The notes beneath the pieces are model-generated. The model had not been told where the DNA came from. It did not search any database and saw only the letters and a program-made list of their open reading frames with translations. The translations under genes were made by a program, and so were the position numbers. DNA of 64,000 nucleotides from Vulcanimicrobiota bacterium (GTDB lineage Bacteria; Vulcanimicrobiota; Vulcanimicrobiia; Eremiobacterales; Eremiobacteraceae): contig CAWETU010000001.1 of the NCBI GenBank assembly GCA_963812135.1, positions 1,472,001 through 1,536,000 of the forward strand. Direction: 5' to 3'. Positions 48,718 through 58,313 of the stretch are shown piece by piece. Position 1 is the stretch's first letter. Every line of letters starts with the position of its first letter.

Positions 48718-50898
48718 ATGGCGGCAACGCGCGGACAAGCCGGTTCAAAGACGCGGGAGATTCCCGAGGTTGCGCGACCGCTTTTGCCCGAGCTCCCAAA
48801 AGCGACCCGGCGTTTCAAGCGCCGGCGGCTGCGCTGTTCCGTCACGGTCAAGACCGACGACGGCAAGGTCGCGACGGGCGAAGCCGTCGATGTCAGCGGC
48901 GGCGGACTTCGGCTTGACTCCCACAACGATTTAGCGGTCGGCGACCGCGGCACCGCACAGATCCGCATCGGCGGATCCGAGACGCTGCGCGTGCCGATCG
49001 AAGTCGCTTGGCGCAATCAGGTCGACAAAGGCGAATTCGTCTACGGTCTGACCTTCACCGAGATCAATCCGACGGATCGCTTCGCGCTGCTCGAAGCGAT
49101 CTACGCGCCGCAGCACGGCTCGACGGGCTTCGTCGACGCGCAGGCCGGGCCGGAAGAAGAAGTGCAAAAGGCTGGCTCCGAGCCGACGACGCCGGCCCAC
49201 TACGCGTACTACATGCGTCTGGTACGGCGCATGGAGCAAGTCAAGAAGATCGACCCCGCCGATTCGGACCGCATCCTGTATGCGCGTCTCATGCAGGGCC
49301 GGTCGATCCGCGACGTGCTCACCGATCTTGAGATCGTCGAACGCGGCGGCGTCGAAGAATTTCTCAGCGAGCTCTACAACGTGCCGTTCATCGACCTGGT
49401 GCGTCATCGCCCAGAAGGCAACGATCTCGATACGGTCCCCGAAAATCTCGCCGTCAACCATTCGGTGGTGCCGGTATCGCGCACGGATGATGCGCTCATC
49501 GTCGCGATGGCCGATCCGAGCGACCTGCTCACCATCGACATGCTGCGCAACCGCGCCAAGATGCCGGTCGAGCTGCGCTTCGCGCTGCTCGAAGACATCG
49601 CGACCGCGGTCGACAACATCTACCACGGCGCCTCGCTGCACTCGGTGGACAAGCTGCTCGAGTCCATGCCGGGTTCGACCGAAACGTTCGGCGCCGGCAC
49701 CGAGGTCGAAGACCTCGAGACGCTGCGCAAGATCTCCGACACCGCGCCGATCATCACGCTGGTCGAGTCGCTGCTGCGCACTTCGGTCGAAGACCGGGCG
49801 AGCGACATCCACCTCGAACCGTACGCGGACAAGATCGCAGTGCGCTTCCGCCTTGACGGCGTGCTGCGCGAGCTGCGCACGCTGCCCAAGAACGTCTATG
49901 CGGCGGTCGTCTCGCGCATCAAGATCATGTCGCGCATGGATATCACCGTGCGCCACGTGCCGCAGGACGGCGGCATGTCGATGCGTTACAAGCGCAAGGA
50001 TTTCGATTTGCGCATCTCGTCGCTGCCGACGCTCTATGGCGAGAAGATCGTCATCCGGCTGCTCGAGAAAAATCCGGTCTTCAAGTCGCTCAAGGCGATC
50101 GGATTCTCCGAGCGCAACTACGAGCTCTTCGCGCCGTTGATCAAGCGGCCGTACGGGATGATCCTGTGCTGCGGCCCGACCGGCTCGGGCAAGTCGACGA
50201 CGCTGTTCGCATGCCTTCAAGAGATCAACGACGGCACGACCAACATCACGACCATCGAGGACCCGGTCGAGTATCGCGTTTCGGGCGTCAATCAGGTCGA
50301 GGTCAGCGCGAAGCGCGGACTCACCTTCGCCTCAGTGCTGCGCTCCTTGCTGCGCCAGGACCCTGACATCATCTACGTCGGTGAGATCCGCGACCGCGAA
50401 ACCGCGGACCTCGGCGTGCGGGCCGCGCTCACGGGCCACTTGCTGCTCTCAACCTTGCACACCAACACCGCCATTCAGTCGATCGCGCGTCTGGTGGACA
50501 TCGGCGTCGATCCGGCGATGATCGGCTCGTCCTTGCTGGGCTGCGTCGGCCAGCGGCTGATGCGCCGCATCTGCGACCAGTGCGCCGAAGATTACGAAGT
50601 GCCGCTCGAGGAGCAGATGGTGCTCCAAGAGCTCGTGCCGGTCGCGACACCCAAGACGCTGCGGCGCGGTCGCGGCTGCGAGAAATGCCACGACTCGGGT
50701 TATTATGGCCGGCTCGGCGTGCACGAAGTGGTCGCCGTGGATGAAGGTCTGCGCCGCTTGATCGCGCGCGGCGCCGATTCGACGCAGCTGCTCGATTACG
50801 TCACGTCGCGCGGCTTCACCGACTTGCGCGACGATGCGCTCGGCCGGATGCTGTCGGGCGAGACCACGCTGCGCGAAGTCCTGCGCGTCACCGCCTAA
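48718..50898 (+). CDS. pilB: PilB/GspE family assembly ATPase with N-terminal PilZ domain
   Basis: PilZ RRFKR + DVSGGG; ASDIHLEP, GPTGSGKST, LRQDPD..VGEIRD, TLHTN, CxxC..CxxC. Confidence 0.9.
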   Translation: MAATRGQAGSKTREIPEVARPLLPELPKATRRFKRRRLRCSVTVKTDDGKVATGEAVDVSGGGLRLDSHNDLAVGDRGTAQIRIGGSETLRVPIEVAWRNQVDKGEFVYGLTFTEINPTDRFALLEAIYAPQHGSTGFVDAQAGPEEEVQKAGSEPTTPAHYAYYMRLVRRMEQVKKIDPADSDRILYARLMQGRSIRDVLTDLEIVERGGVEEFLSELYNVPFIDLVRHRPEGNDLDTVPENLAVNHSVVPVSRTDDALIVAMADPSDLLTIDMLRNRAKMPVELRFALLEDIATAVDNIYHGASLHSVDKLLESMPGSTETFGAGTEVEDLETLRKISDTAPIITLVESLLRTSVEDRASDIHLEPYADKIAVRFRLDGVLRELRTLPKNVYAAVVSRIKIMSRMDITVRHVPQDGGMSMRYKRKDFDLRISSLPTLYGEKIVIRLLEKNPVFKSLKAIGFSERNYELFAPLIKRPYGMILCCGPTGSGKSTTLFACLQEINDGTTNITTIEDPVEYRVSGVNQVEVSAKRGLTFASVLRSLLRQDPDIIYVGEIRDRETADLGVRAALTGHLLLSTLHTNTAIQSIARLVDIGVDPAMIGSSLLGCVGQRLMRRICDQCAEDYEVPLEEQMVLQELVPVATPKTLRRGRGCEKCHDSGYYGRLGVHEVVAVDEGLRRLIARGADSTQLLDYVTSRGFTDLRDDALGRMLSGETTLREVLRVTA

Positions 50899-50913
50899 AC
50901 CGCTTTAGCCCAA

Positions 50914-51372
50914 CTACTCCGCGACGTCCCTCGCCAGCTCTGCGAAGATGGCCAGTTCGATGTCGCTGCGATGTCCCTTGTTATCCGCGTACGTGTAACG
51001 CGGTCCTTGGAAGCGGACGCTGGTGACGGTGTGGTCGCGGATGTTATCAACCGCGATGTGGACCATGGCGCACGGGAACGCGACCGTCGCGAGGCGCTCC
51101 TTGACGATCGTCGCGGTGCCGCGCACCGCCAGGATCAGGTCGTCGGCGAGCACCTCGAAGCCCACTCGGGCCCGGCCGTTGGAGATGTTCGCATAGGCCG
51201 TGCTGCGCGTGTCCATCGCGAGCGCGATGATGTTCTCGTCCTTAGCGACGATCCAGCTATTCAGGGCTGTCGAGGGCGTGCCGTCTTCGCCGCACGTCGC
51301 GAGGACGACGGACGTACCGCCGTTGAGGGCGCCTCGAAGAAGGGTGTGGAGGTGCGGTTCGTCGCGGACCAT
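50914..51372 (-). CDS. pyridoxamine 5'-phosphate oxidase-like split-barrel protein
   Basis: VLAT..DG.P....SW.....S....NI pattern. Confidence 0.7.
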   Translation of the reverse strand: MVRDEPHLHTLLRGALNGGTSVVLATCGEDGTPSTALNSWIVAKDENIIALAMDTRSTAYANISNGRARVGFEVLADDLILAVRGTATIVKERLATVAFPCAMVHIAVDNIRDHTVTSVRFQGPRYTYADNKGHRSDIELAIFAELARDVAE

Positions 51373-51387
51373 GCAGCCCGTTTAGAC

Positions 51388-53610
51388 CTAGTTCTCCAGG
51401 ATTCCGCCGAACTCGCCGCCGGCGTTCCCATCATGGCCGCGGCGGACCGCGCCGACGATGGCGACGCTGACCGGGCCAGAGGGGTGTCGCCATGCGGGCC
51501 CGAGGTCGACCGTGTAGCGGTTCCACCGGCCGATCCGCCCCGGCAACTCGACGTATGTATCTTTGCCGCGCAGCTGACGCCGAGGCTGGCTGACTGATGC
51601 ATTGACGGAGTAGAAAGTCCGGCGTCCGAGCGCGTCCGTAAAGGCCACGGCGAACATTTGCAAGGACGCGATGCCGTCATCGCTTTGCGCCGGTTTCAGC
51701 CAGAACGTGAAACGCGAGCCGGCCGCGGCGAACGACTGGCTCACGCGAACCACGGACCAATCCGACCCGTTAGGAGCGGTCAACCGGAAGCGGAGGGCCC
51801 TGCCGAACGGCCCGTCATGAGCCATTCCAAGCCGGCCGTCGAGAAACGGTTGCGGCGCCGCGCTCCAGGCGAGCGGCGCGGGCACGGGCAGCATCTGGAA
51901 CTTGCTGACCGCGGAGAACAATCGGCCGTTGCGCAGCGGATGCGTCTCGCCGGGCGGAGGGAACATGGGGCGCGTGTAGATGGCGATCGCGTCGCGCGGC
52001 TCGAACGCGACGACCTGCAGGCCCGAGCCGGCCATGCGCGGCGCTTCGCTGGAAAGGTCGCCGGCGGAGAGCTCCACTGTGCTGCGCGCATGAGCTGGGA
52101 CGTCCACTCGCGCCGGGCGCCAGAACACGATCGCGTTGGACGGGCCGGCAAGCGCGCAATGAAAAGTTTGGACGTGCGATGTCGGGTTCGAGAGGTTCAG
52201 GACGACGCGATCGATGTAGCCCGTCTCTGGATCGAGCGCGATTTGCTTGACGTCGACGCCGGCGCGTTCGCCTGCCGTTGCGACCCCGATGAAGCCGATG
52301 ATCACGGCCGCGAGAGCTGCGCCGACGGCGGCCGCATGCTTCAGGAGCGGCACGCTCAAAGGCCGCGCGATCGTTTGGCGCTGTTCCGGCGCAGTCGCCG
52401 CATACACCGCCAGCACGAGCGGCCAATAGATGAAGTAGTTCTGCAGCGAGCGCGGGCTGAAGAAGAGCACGATGGCCGGCGCGATGAACGGCAGCCATGC
52501 GAGGCGCTGCGGCCACCTCGCATAGGCGGCAAGGCACACCACGAGCGCGCCGACCCAGAGGACCGTGTACGCGCGCAGCGGCAGCGCGACGAGCCCGCTG
52601 GTTTGGAGCGCGATGAGGCCGCTGCCGAGCGGCACGGCGTGTGACAACAGCGGGCTCAGCACGCCGGCGATCCATTGGCCGGGATGCCAGAGCATGAACG
52701 GAAGGTTTGGGGCGAGGAATGCGGCGGCAAGCCATGCGAGGTTCTTGAGCGTCGCGACGGGCGCACGGCCGGGCTCGCTCATCGCCCACCAGTGCACGAG
52801 CGCGAACGGCACGATGAACCACGGCTCCTGTTTGACGGCGCAGGCAAGGCCGAGCAAGACCGCTGACCAAGAGGGCGCGCGGTCCCACGTGGCGGCGACG
52901 CCGACCAGCAAAGGCAGCCAAAGGACATCGGTGACCGATCCGACCGCGAAGTCGCGGAACTCGGGGATCAAAAGGAAGAAGAGGCCGAAGAAGATGCGCA
53001 ATCGTTCCGGCACCAGCAGCAGGACGAGCAGCATGGCGGCGAGCGCGAATCCGATGTCGACCCAGATCATGCTCTGCACGTGCGCCAGCACGAACGGAAC
53101 GTAGATCAAAAAGCTGAGCGCCGGGTAGGGCTCGATCGCGACGCGGCCGCCCTCTACGGTCGGCGTGTAGATGGTCGGCGATTCGTTGTACGCCGTCGCC
53201 GAGGGCGCCATGCTCACGGCGTACGGGTCCTTGCCTTCGATGACGAGCTGTGCGGAGTACGCGTCAAAGGCGAGCGAGTCGCTCTGGTATTGCTCGAAGT
53301 GCGGACTGACGACCGCGGGGCTCACCAAGTGATTGATGCCCAGCGACATCACGAATGCGACGAAGCAGAGAGCGGGGAGCACGCGCGTCGCCCACCACCG
53401 CGCGCCGGCGAACGCGGCCACGGCTGAGACGAAACCCAGCCCGTACGCCGCAAGCCCAAGCCCGAGCAAGACTGCGTTGTCGGCGATGGGGCCGCCGGAC
53501 GCGACGTAACCGAGATGGAAAAGCACGCCGGCGAGGCAGATCCCGGGAATCACCTGCAAGACGAGGCGATCGCTCGCATGGAGCGTTGTGCCGTTTCCCC
53601 TGTCCGTCAC
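51388..53610 (-). CDS. GT87-like (GT-C) membrane glycosyltransferase with extracytoplasmic C-terminal domains
   Basis: D......A..V..G.DPY, YPALSF and LGLACAVKQ.PW motifs; many TM helices; start uncertain. Confidence 0.65.
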   Translation of the reverse strand: MTDRGNGTTLHASDRLVLQVIPGICLAGVLFHLGYVASGGPIADNAVLLGLGLAAYGLGFVSAVAAFAGARWWATRVLPALCFVAFVMSLGINHLVSPAVVSPHFEQYQSDSLAFDAYSAQLVIEGKDPYAVSMAPSATAYNESPTIYTPTVEGGRVAIEPYPALSFLIYVPFVLAHVQSMIWVDIGFALAAMLLVLLLVPERLRIFFGLFFLLIPEFRDFAVGSVTDVLWLPLLVGVAATWDRAPSWSAVLLGLACAVKQEPWFIVPFALVHWWAMSEPGRAPVATLKNLAWLAAAFLAPNLPFMLWHPGQWIAGVLSPLLSHAVPLGSGLIALQTSGLVALPLRAYTVLWVGALVVCLAAYARWPQRLAWLPFIAPAIVLFFSPRSLQNYFIYWPLVLAVYAATAPEQRQTIARPLSVPLLKHAAAVGAALAAVIIGFIGVATAGERAGVDVKQIALDPETGYIDRVVLNLSNPTSHVQTFHCALAGPSNAIVFWRPARVDVPAHARSTVELSAGDLSSEAPRMAGSGLQVVAFEPRDAIAIYTRPMFPPPGETHPLRNGRLFSAVSKFQMLPVPAPLAWSAAPQPFLDGRLGMAHDGPFGRALRFRLTAPNGSDWSVVRVSQSFAAAGSRFTFWLKPAQSDDGIASLQMFAVAFTDALGRRTFYSVNASVSQPRRQLRGKDTYVELPGRIGRWNRYTVDLGPAWRHPSGPVSVAIVGAVRRGHDGNAGGEFGGILEN

Positions 53611-53683
53611 TTTGCCCAGTCCATGTCCGCGCAATATAGGAGAAGAAGCGCCGAAAATCCGCCAATGGGGCGCAACCGCCTCG

Positions 53684-54487
53684 TCAATGGACGGCTGGCC
53701 GGATAAAGAATTGCAGCGAGAACAGGATCAGGTTGATCGTGCCATGCGCCGCGATCGACGACCACAGGTTGCGCCGCCAATAGTAGACGTACGCGAGACC
53801 AATGCCGGTGATGGCGACCGAGATCAATCGATACGGCTGAAGGTGCCACGCCGCGAACAAGACCCCGCTGGCGATCGCGGCGAGCGGCGCCGGCATACGC
53901 TGCACGAGCCCGGTGAACAGCAGCCCTCGAAACAGGATCTCCTCAGACAACGGAGCCACTGCGGCGCCTTGCCCGATGTCGAGAATATACGCGAGGACGC
54001 CGCGGTGCGTGTTGACGGCGGATCCCCAGAAGTTCGCGTGCGGTCCGAAGGCCCACTGCTCGAAGAGGTTGATCGGCCAACTGAGCGCCAACAAAAACAT
54101 CCCCGCGCCGATGCCGAAGACGATGTCGTCGAATCCGGGTTTGCGAAGACCGATGTCGGCCCAGGTCTTGATGGGCAGGCAACCACGCAGCGCATACACG
54201 ACGAGCAACGCAGCAGCCGATCGCCCGGCGCTGATCAGCGCGAGCGTTCCAGGAGTCCAAAAACCGCTCCCGCCCCCGCGTGCCGCCCGCAGGTACGCGT
54301 ACAGTTCGGCGACCGACGGAAAACCGCCGTGGCGGAACACCGCGATCGCGATGACCATGAGATAGTCGGCGAGCCAAAACGCGGCGATGGCTGAGCAAAA
54401 GACCAGCGTCAGATCCCAGCCGGTCCACGCGCCTTTGGCGAACGCGGGTCCGGCGCCGTCAGAACGCCCGCTCGATTCGGTTGCCAC
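53684..54487 (-). CDS. CPBP (Abi/CAAX) intramembrane metalloprotease
   Basis: APLSEEILFRG, FAAWH and AHGTIN motifs. Confidence 0.92.
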   Translation of the reverse strand: MATESSGRSDGAGPAFAKGAWTGWDLTLVFCSAIAAFWLADYLMVIAIAVFRHGGFPSVAELYAYLRAARGGGSGFWTPGTLALISAGRSAAALLVVYALRGCLPIKTWADIGLRKPGFDDIVFGIGAGMFLLALSWPINLFEQWAFGPHANFWGSAVNTHRGVLAYILDIGQGAAVAPLSEEILFRGLLFTGLVQRMPAPLAAIASGVLFAAWHLQPYRLISVAITGIGLAYVYYWRRNLWSSIAAHGTINLILFSLQFFIRPAVH

Positions 54488-54677
54488 GCTGCCCGGTTAG
54501 GACACGCCACAGCCCCCGCCTGCGTTTGGCAAGGAGCGGGCAGAAGACGTCATTGGAACCGCCAAAAACGCTTGCGTTTGCGGGCTTCTTTCGGGTATCA
54601 TGAAACTATGATTCTGGGATACTGATTGAGAAGGGCCCGCGTCGAAATGCCCACCCCACACCGATCGGAGTGAGCCT

Positions 54678-55625
54678 GTGCCTCGAGCCAAATCGGTCTT
54701 CCCCGCAGACCCGCTGATCGTCGAATGGGCCGGCTCGCTGCGCGGCCGCGGCCGCAGCGCGCTCTCGGTGAGCGCGTACGCGGGCGATGCGGAGCTGTTC
54801 GGCGCGTTCCTGGCCAAAGCGCCGCGCAAAGAGTCGGCGCACGGCAAGGCCTGGCCGCAGCTGGCCAGCGCGACGAAGTCCGATTTGATCCGGTTCATCC
54901 AGGAGCTGCTGAGCAATCGCGGCTACGCCGCGTCGGCGGTGCGGCGGAAGATCGCGGCGCTGCGCTCCTTCTACCGCTTTCTCAAACGCGAGAACAAGCG
55001 GCCGGACGACCCCGCGGCGGAGCTCGAGTCGCCCACCCGCGACAAGCTGCTGCCAAAGGTGCTCAAAGAGCGCGAGGTCAGCCAGCTGCTGCGCACGGTG
55101 TCCGGCTGGAAGACCGAATGGCTCAAGGTGCGCGACCGGGGCATCATGGAGCTGCTCTATGCCAGCGGCATGCGCCGCGCGGAGATCGCCTCGCTCGACA
55201 TCCCCGACGTCGACCTGAAGACCCGCACCATCCGCGTCATGGGCAAGGGCCGCAAGCAGCGCCTGGTCATCATCAATCGCACGACGGCCAGCGCGATCCG
55301 CGATTACCTCAACGTGCGGCCGCGCTCGAGCGACGACGCGCTCTTTTTGGGCCACACGGGCCATCGCTTGAGCACGCGCCACATCTGGGAGATCTTCCGG
55401 CGCATCCGCAGCATGAGCGGACTGAGCGCCAGCGCGAGCCCGCACACGCTGCGCCACTCGTTCGCGACGCATCTGCTCGAGCACGGTGTCGACCTCATCA
55501 CCATCCAAGAGCTGCTCGGCCACGCCAGCGTCGCCACGACGCAGATCTACACCAACGTGTCGTTCGAGCACAAGAAACGCGAATACGACAAGGCGCACCC
55601 GCGCGACCGGGACGTCGAGCGATAG
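54678..55625 (+). CDS. XerC/XerD family tyrosine recombinase
   Basis: LYASGMRRAE, GKGRKQR, PHTLRHSFATHLL, LLGH, TQIYT and HPR motifs. Confidence 0.92.
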   Translation: MPRAKSVFPADPLIVEWAGSLRGRGRSALSVSAYAGDAELFGAFLAKAPRKESAHGKAWPQLASATKSDLIRFIQELLSNRGYAASAVRRKIAALRSFYRFLKRENKRPDDPAAELESPTRDKLLPKVLKEREVSQLLRTVSGWKTEWLKVRDRGIMELLYASGMRRAEIASLDIPDVDLKTRTIRVMGKGRKQRLVIINRTTASAIRDYLNVRPRSSDDALFLGHTGHRLSTRHIWEIFRRIRSMSGLSASASPHTLRHSFATHLLEHGVDLITIQELLGHASVATTQIYTNVSFEHKKREYDKAHPRDRDVER

Positions 55626-55648
55626 CCTCCGAAGGGTAAACCATACGC

Positions 55649-56119
55649 ATGCGAATGCCATCTCTCGTGCTGACGATTCTCGCGCTGTTGTGCTTCGCGC
55701 TGCCGTTTTTCGTCGTCTCCTGCCAAGGCCAACAGGTCGACACAATCACGGGACTCAACCTCGTGACCGGCCGCGATCTGCCAGGTGCGCTAGCCGGTGC
55801 GCCGCCGCACCACCTGCCGCCGAACTGGTGGACCATCGCGGCGTTCGCGTTCGGCATCATCGGGGCGATTATATTGGGCTTGCGTTTCGCCGATTCGGAG
55901 CGCGCGGCGGCATTGGCTTCCGTGATCGTCTGCGCGGCCGCGATTTGTCTGCTGCTGATCCGTTTCGCGGCGCGCGATGCGCTCGGGCACCAGTTCATCG
56001 TCGACATCAAGGTGGGGTACGGCTACTACTTGGCAACGATCTTCATGATCGCTGCCGCAGTGGTGAGCGCCATGAACGCTGTCGGTCCACGCCCCCGCGC
56101 GCCGACGCGCTCCGGATAG
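55649..56119 (+). CDS. hypothetical 4-TM membrane protein
   Basis: LPF..VSC..TGLNLVTG pattern followed by hydrophobic helices. Confidence 0.65.
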   Translation: MRMPSLVLTILALLCFALPFFVVSCQGQQVDTITGLNLVTGRDLPGALAGAPPHHLPPNWWTIAAFAFGIIGAIILGLRFADSERAAALASVIVCAAAICLLLIRFAARDALGHQFIVDIKVGYGYYLATIFMIAAAVVSAMNAVGPRPRAPTRSG

Positions 56120-56139
56120 GACGCAAGGGAACATTCGCG

Positions 56140-56171
56140 AGCCAGGCCTTTGCGGGGCCTGGCTTCTTCTT
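56140..56171 (+). terminator. intrinsic terminator
   Basis: AGCCAGGCC/GGCCTGGCT stem followed by TCTTCTT. Confidence 0.6.
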
Positions 56172-56247
56172 CTGCCGGCGCTCGAACGTGTGACCTGAGT
56201 CGTTTCGCGGGACAAGGAAGCCTGTCTGGCGCACCGAAACATTGGGC

Positions 56248-56349
56248 ATGGCAGTGTGGGAGAGGCCGGATTTCGAGCTCGTCGCGCTCGGCGCCGAGGT
56301 CACCGCGTACCTTGGGACCGCGACTGAGGACGGCTCAACGGCCGTTTAG
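56248..56349 (+). CDS. pqqA: PQQ precursor peptide MAVWERPDFELVALGAEVTAYLGTATEDGSTAV
   Basis: W..P.F.....G.EVTAY (ExxxY core), directly upstream of pqqB; absent from the ORF track. Confidence 0.9.
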   Translation: MAVWERPDFELVALGAEVTAYLGTATEDGSTAV

Positions 56350-56412
56350 TCTTTCCAGAGCGAAAGGCGTGGCCCGCAGCGGCGATAAGCCGCTCAGTGC
56401 CAGCGACGACAA

Positions 56413-57342
56413 ATGCATATTCGGGTGCTAGGCTCGGCGGCCGGCGGCGGCGTGCCTCAATGGAACTGCGCCTGCAGTAATTGCCGCGCCGCGCGGGCCA
56501 AACCGCAGTTGCGGCGCATGCAGGCGTCGATCGCGGTCTCTGCCGACGGCGAGCGCTGGCTCATCGCCAACGCCACCCCTGACATCCGACACCAGATCTC
56601 CATCTTCGAAAAGCTTTCGCCGCAGACGCCGCGCCGATCGCCGATCGCCGCGGTGGTCCTCACCGACGCGAACATCGACCATGCCTATGGCCTGCTCGAG
56701 CTGCGCCAAGCCGAGAAGCTCTCGATCTACTCGACCGAGACGATCCGCGACGTCTTGCTCGGTGGTTGCAACGCGTTCCGGCCGTTCGCCAAACCGCCGA
56801 ACGCCTGGCACATCATCGGCGACTCTCCCGTGCACGTCAACGACGGCGCGGGGCTGCCGGTGGGGCTGCGCATCCGCGCGATCGATGTCGGCGGACTGAC
56901 GCCGCAATACGACGGCGGACGCGAAGCGACCGGCGCCGCGGCGGGCATTCTCATCAACGATGGCGCGCACCGATTGCTCTACGCGCCGTGCGCCGGCACG
57001 ATGACCGATCCGCTGCGGCGCGAACTGGCGCTGGCAGACGCCGCGTTTCTCGACGGCACGTTTTGGACCGAGCACGAGCTCACGCTGCAGGCGCTCGGCA
57101 CGCGTACGGCGCGCCAGATGGGGCATCTGCCGATCTCCGGCGACGGCGGCACGCTCCCGCTGGTCACCGGACTCGGGGGCCGGCATCGCTACTACACGCA
57201 CATCAACAACACCAACCCGGTGCTCGATCCGGCGTCCGACGCGGCCAAAGCGCTGCGCGATGCCGGCTGGGCGATCGCCGAAGACGGGTTTGCGTTCACG
57301 CTTTCGAAAGAGGCCGGCGATGCGGCCGGTGTCAGACGGTAA
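56413..57342 (+). CDS. pqqB: PQQ biosynthesis protein B
   Basis: LGSAAGGGVPQWNC.C..C, DGTFW..EL, MGHLP and HINNTNP motifs. Confidence 0.96.
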   Translation: MHIRVLGSAAGGGVPQWNCACSNCRAARAKPQLRRMQASIAVSADGERWLIANATPDIRHQISIFEKLSPQTPRRSPIAAVVLTDANIDHAYGLLELRQAEKLSIYSTETIRDVLLGGCNAFRPFAKPPNAWHIIGDSPVHVNDGAGLPVGLRIRAIDVGGLTPQYDGGREATGAAAGILINDGAHRLLYAPCAGTMTDPLRRELALADAAFLDGTFWTEHELTLQALGTRTARQMGHLPISGDGGTLPLVTGLGGRHRYYTHINNTNPVLDPASDAAKALRDAGWAIAEDGFAFTLSKEAGDAAGVRR

Positions 57343-58022
57343 CTTTCTCGAACGATTGCGCGCGATCGGCGCGCAACGCTATCACGACAAGCATCCGTTC
57401 CACATCGCGATGCACGAAGGCCGTTTAACACCGGACCAGATGCGCGGCTGGGTCGCCAATCGCTACTATTATCAGAAGAACATCCCAGTCAAAGATGCGG
57501 CGATCTTGTCGAACCTGCCGGACCGCGAGAAACGGCGCGTCTGGATCCAGCGCATCCACAATCAGGACGGCACGCTGCGCGACGGCGGCGGCGGAATCGA
57601 GCTGTGGCTCGCGCTCGGGGTGGCGACGGGCATGCCCAAGAGCGAGCTTCTCGCGGAGACGCACGTGGTGGCGGGGACGCGGTTCGCAGTCGACGCGTAC
57701 GTCACGTTCGCGCGCACGCAACCGTGGCTGCCCGCGGTCGCATCGTCATTGACGGAGTTGTTCGCCCCCGAGCTGATGTCCAAGCGCATCGACGCGCTGC
57801 TGGAGAAGTATCGCGTGGATCGATCCGAACGGCCTCGAATACTTCCGCCGGCGCGTGACGCTCGCGGTGCAAGACGCCGACCACGCGTTGGATTGGGTAG
57901 TCCAGGGCGCACGCGATGAGGCGACGCAGGATGCGTGTCTTGCGGCGCTGCGCTTCAAGTGCGATGTCTTGTGGGCCATTCTCGACGCGACGCAAGCCGC
58001 GTACGGCATCGGCGAGCGACCG
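57320..58022 (+). CDS. pqqC: PQQ synthase PqqC; frameshift near 57812; no stop before pqqD as sequenced
   Basis: YHDKHPFH, WVANRYYYQ..IP.KD, SSLTELFAP and FKCDVLW motifs. Confidence 0.9.
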
Positions 58023-58313
58023 ATGAGCGGCGGCGAAGGGGCGCCGAAGCTGGCGCGCGGCGTGCGGCTGCGCGCGCTCGACGACGGCAAGTCGGTGCTC
58101 TTGATCCCCGAGGGCGTGGTCAAGTTGAATGCGACCGCGGCCGCGGCGCTCGGGCTGGTCGACGGCACGCGCACGGTGGGTCAGATCGTCAGCGAACTGC
58201 GGGGGCGATTCGCCGCGCCTGTTGATTCGATCGACGCCGACGTCGCCGACCTTTTCGGCAGGCTCCAGCAGCGCGGCTGGGTCTTCTTCTCCCCGTCCGA
58301 GCCGGCCGGATGA
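58023..58313 (+). CDS. pqqD: PqqD (RRE chaperone), in frame with the PqqC C-terminus
   Basis: PKLARGVRL...VLLIPEGVVKLNATA...VDG.RTV..I motif. Confidence 0.88.
   Translation: MSGGEGAPKLARGVRLRALDDGKSVLLIPEGVVKLNATAAAALGLVDGTRTVGQIVSELRGRFAAPVDSIDADVADLFGRLQQRGWVFFSPSEPAG

Noticed and set aside
54678..55625. Tyrosine recombinase as an integrase marking a mobile island carrying pqq
   Set aside because: Motifs (HSFATHLL, TQIYT, HPR) fit housekeeping XerC/D; no att repeats, adjacent tRNA or GC shift seen
56189..56204. TGTGA-CCTGAG-TCGTT as a CRP site upstream of pqqA
   Set aside because: Only one good half-site; not distinguishable from chance
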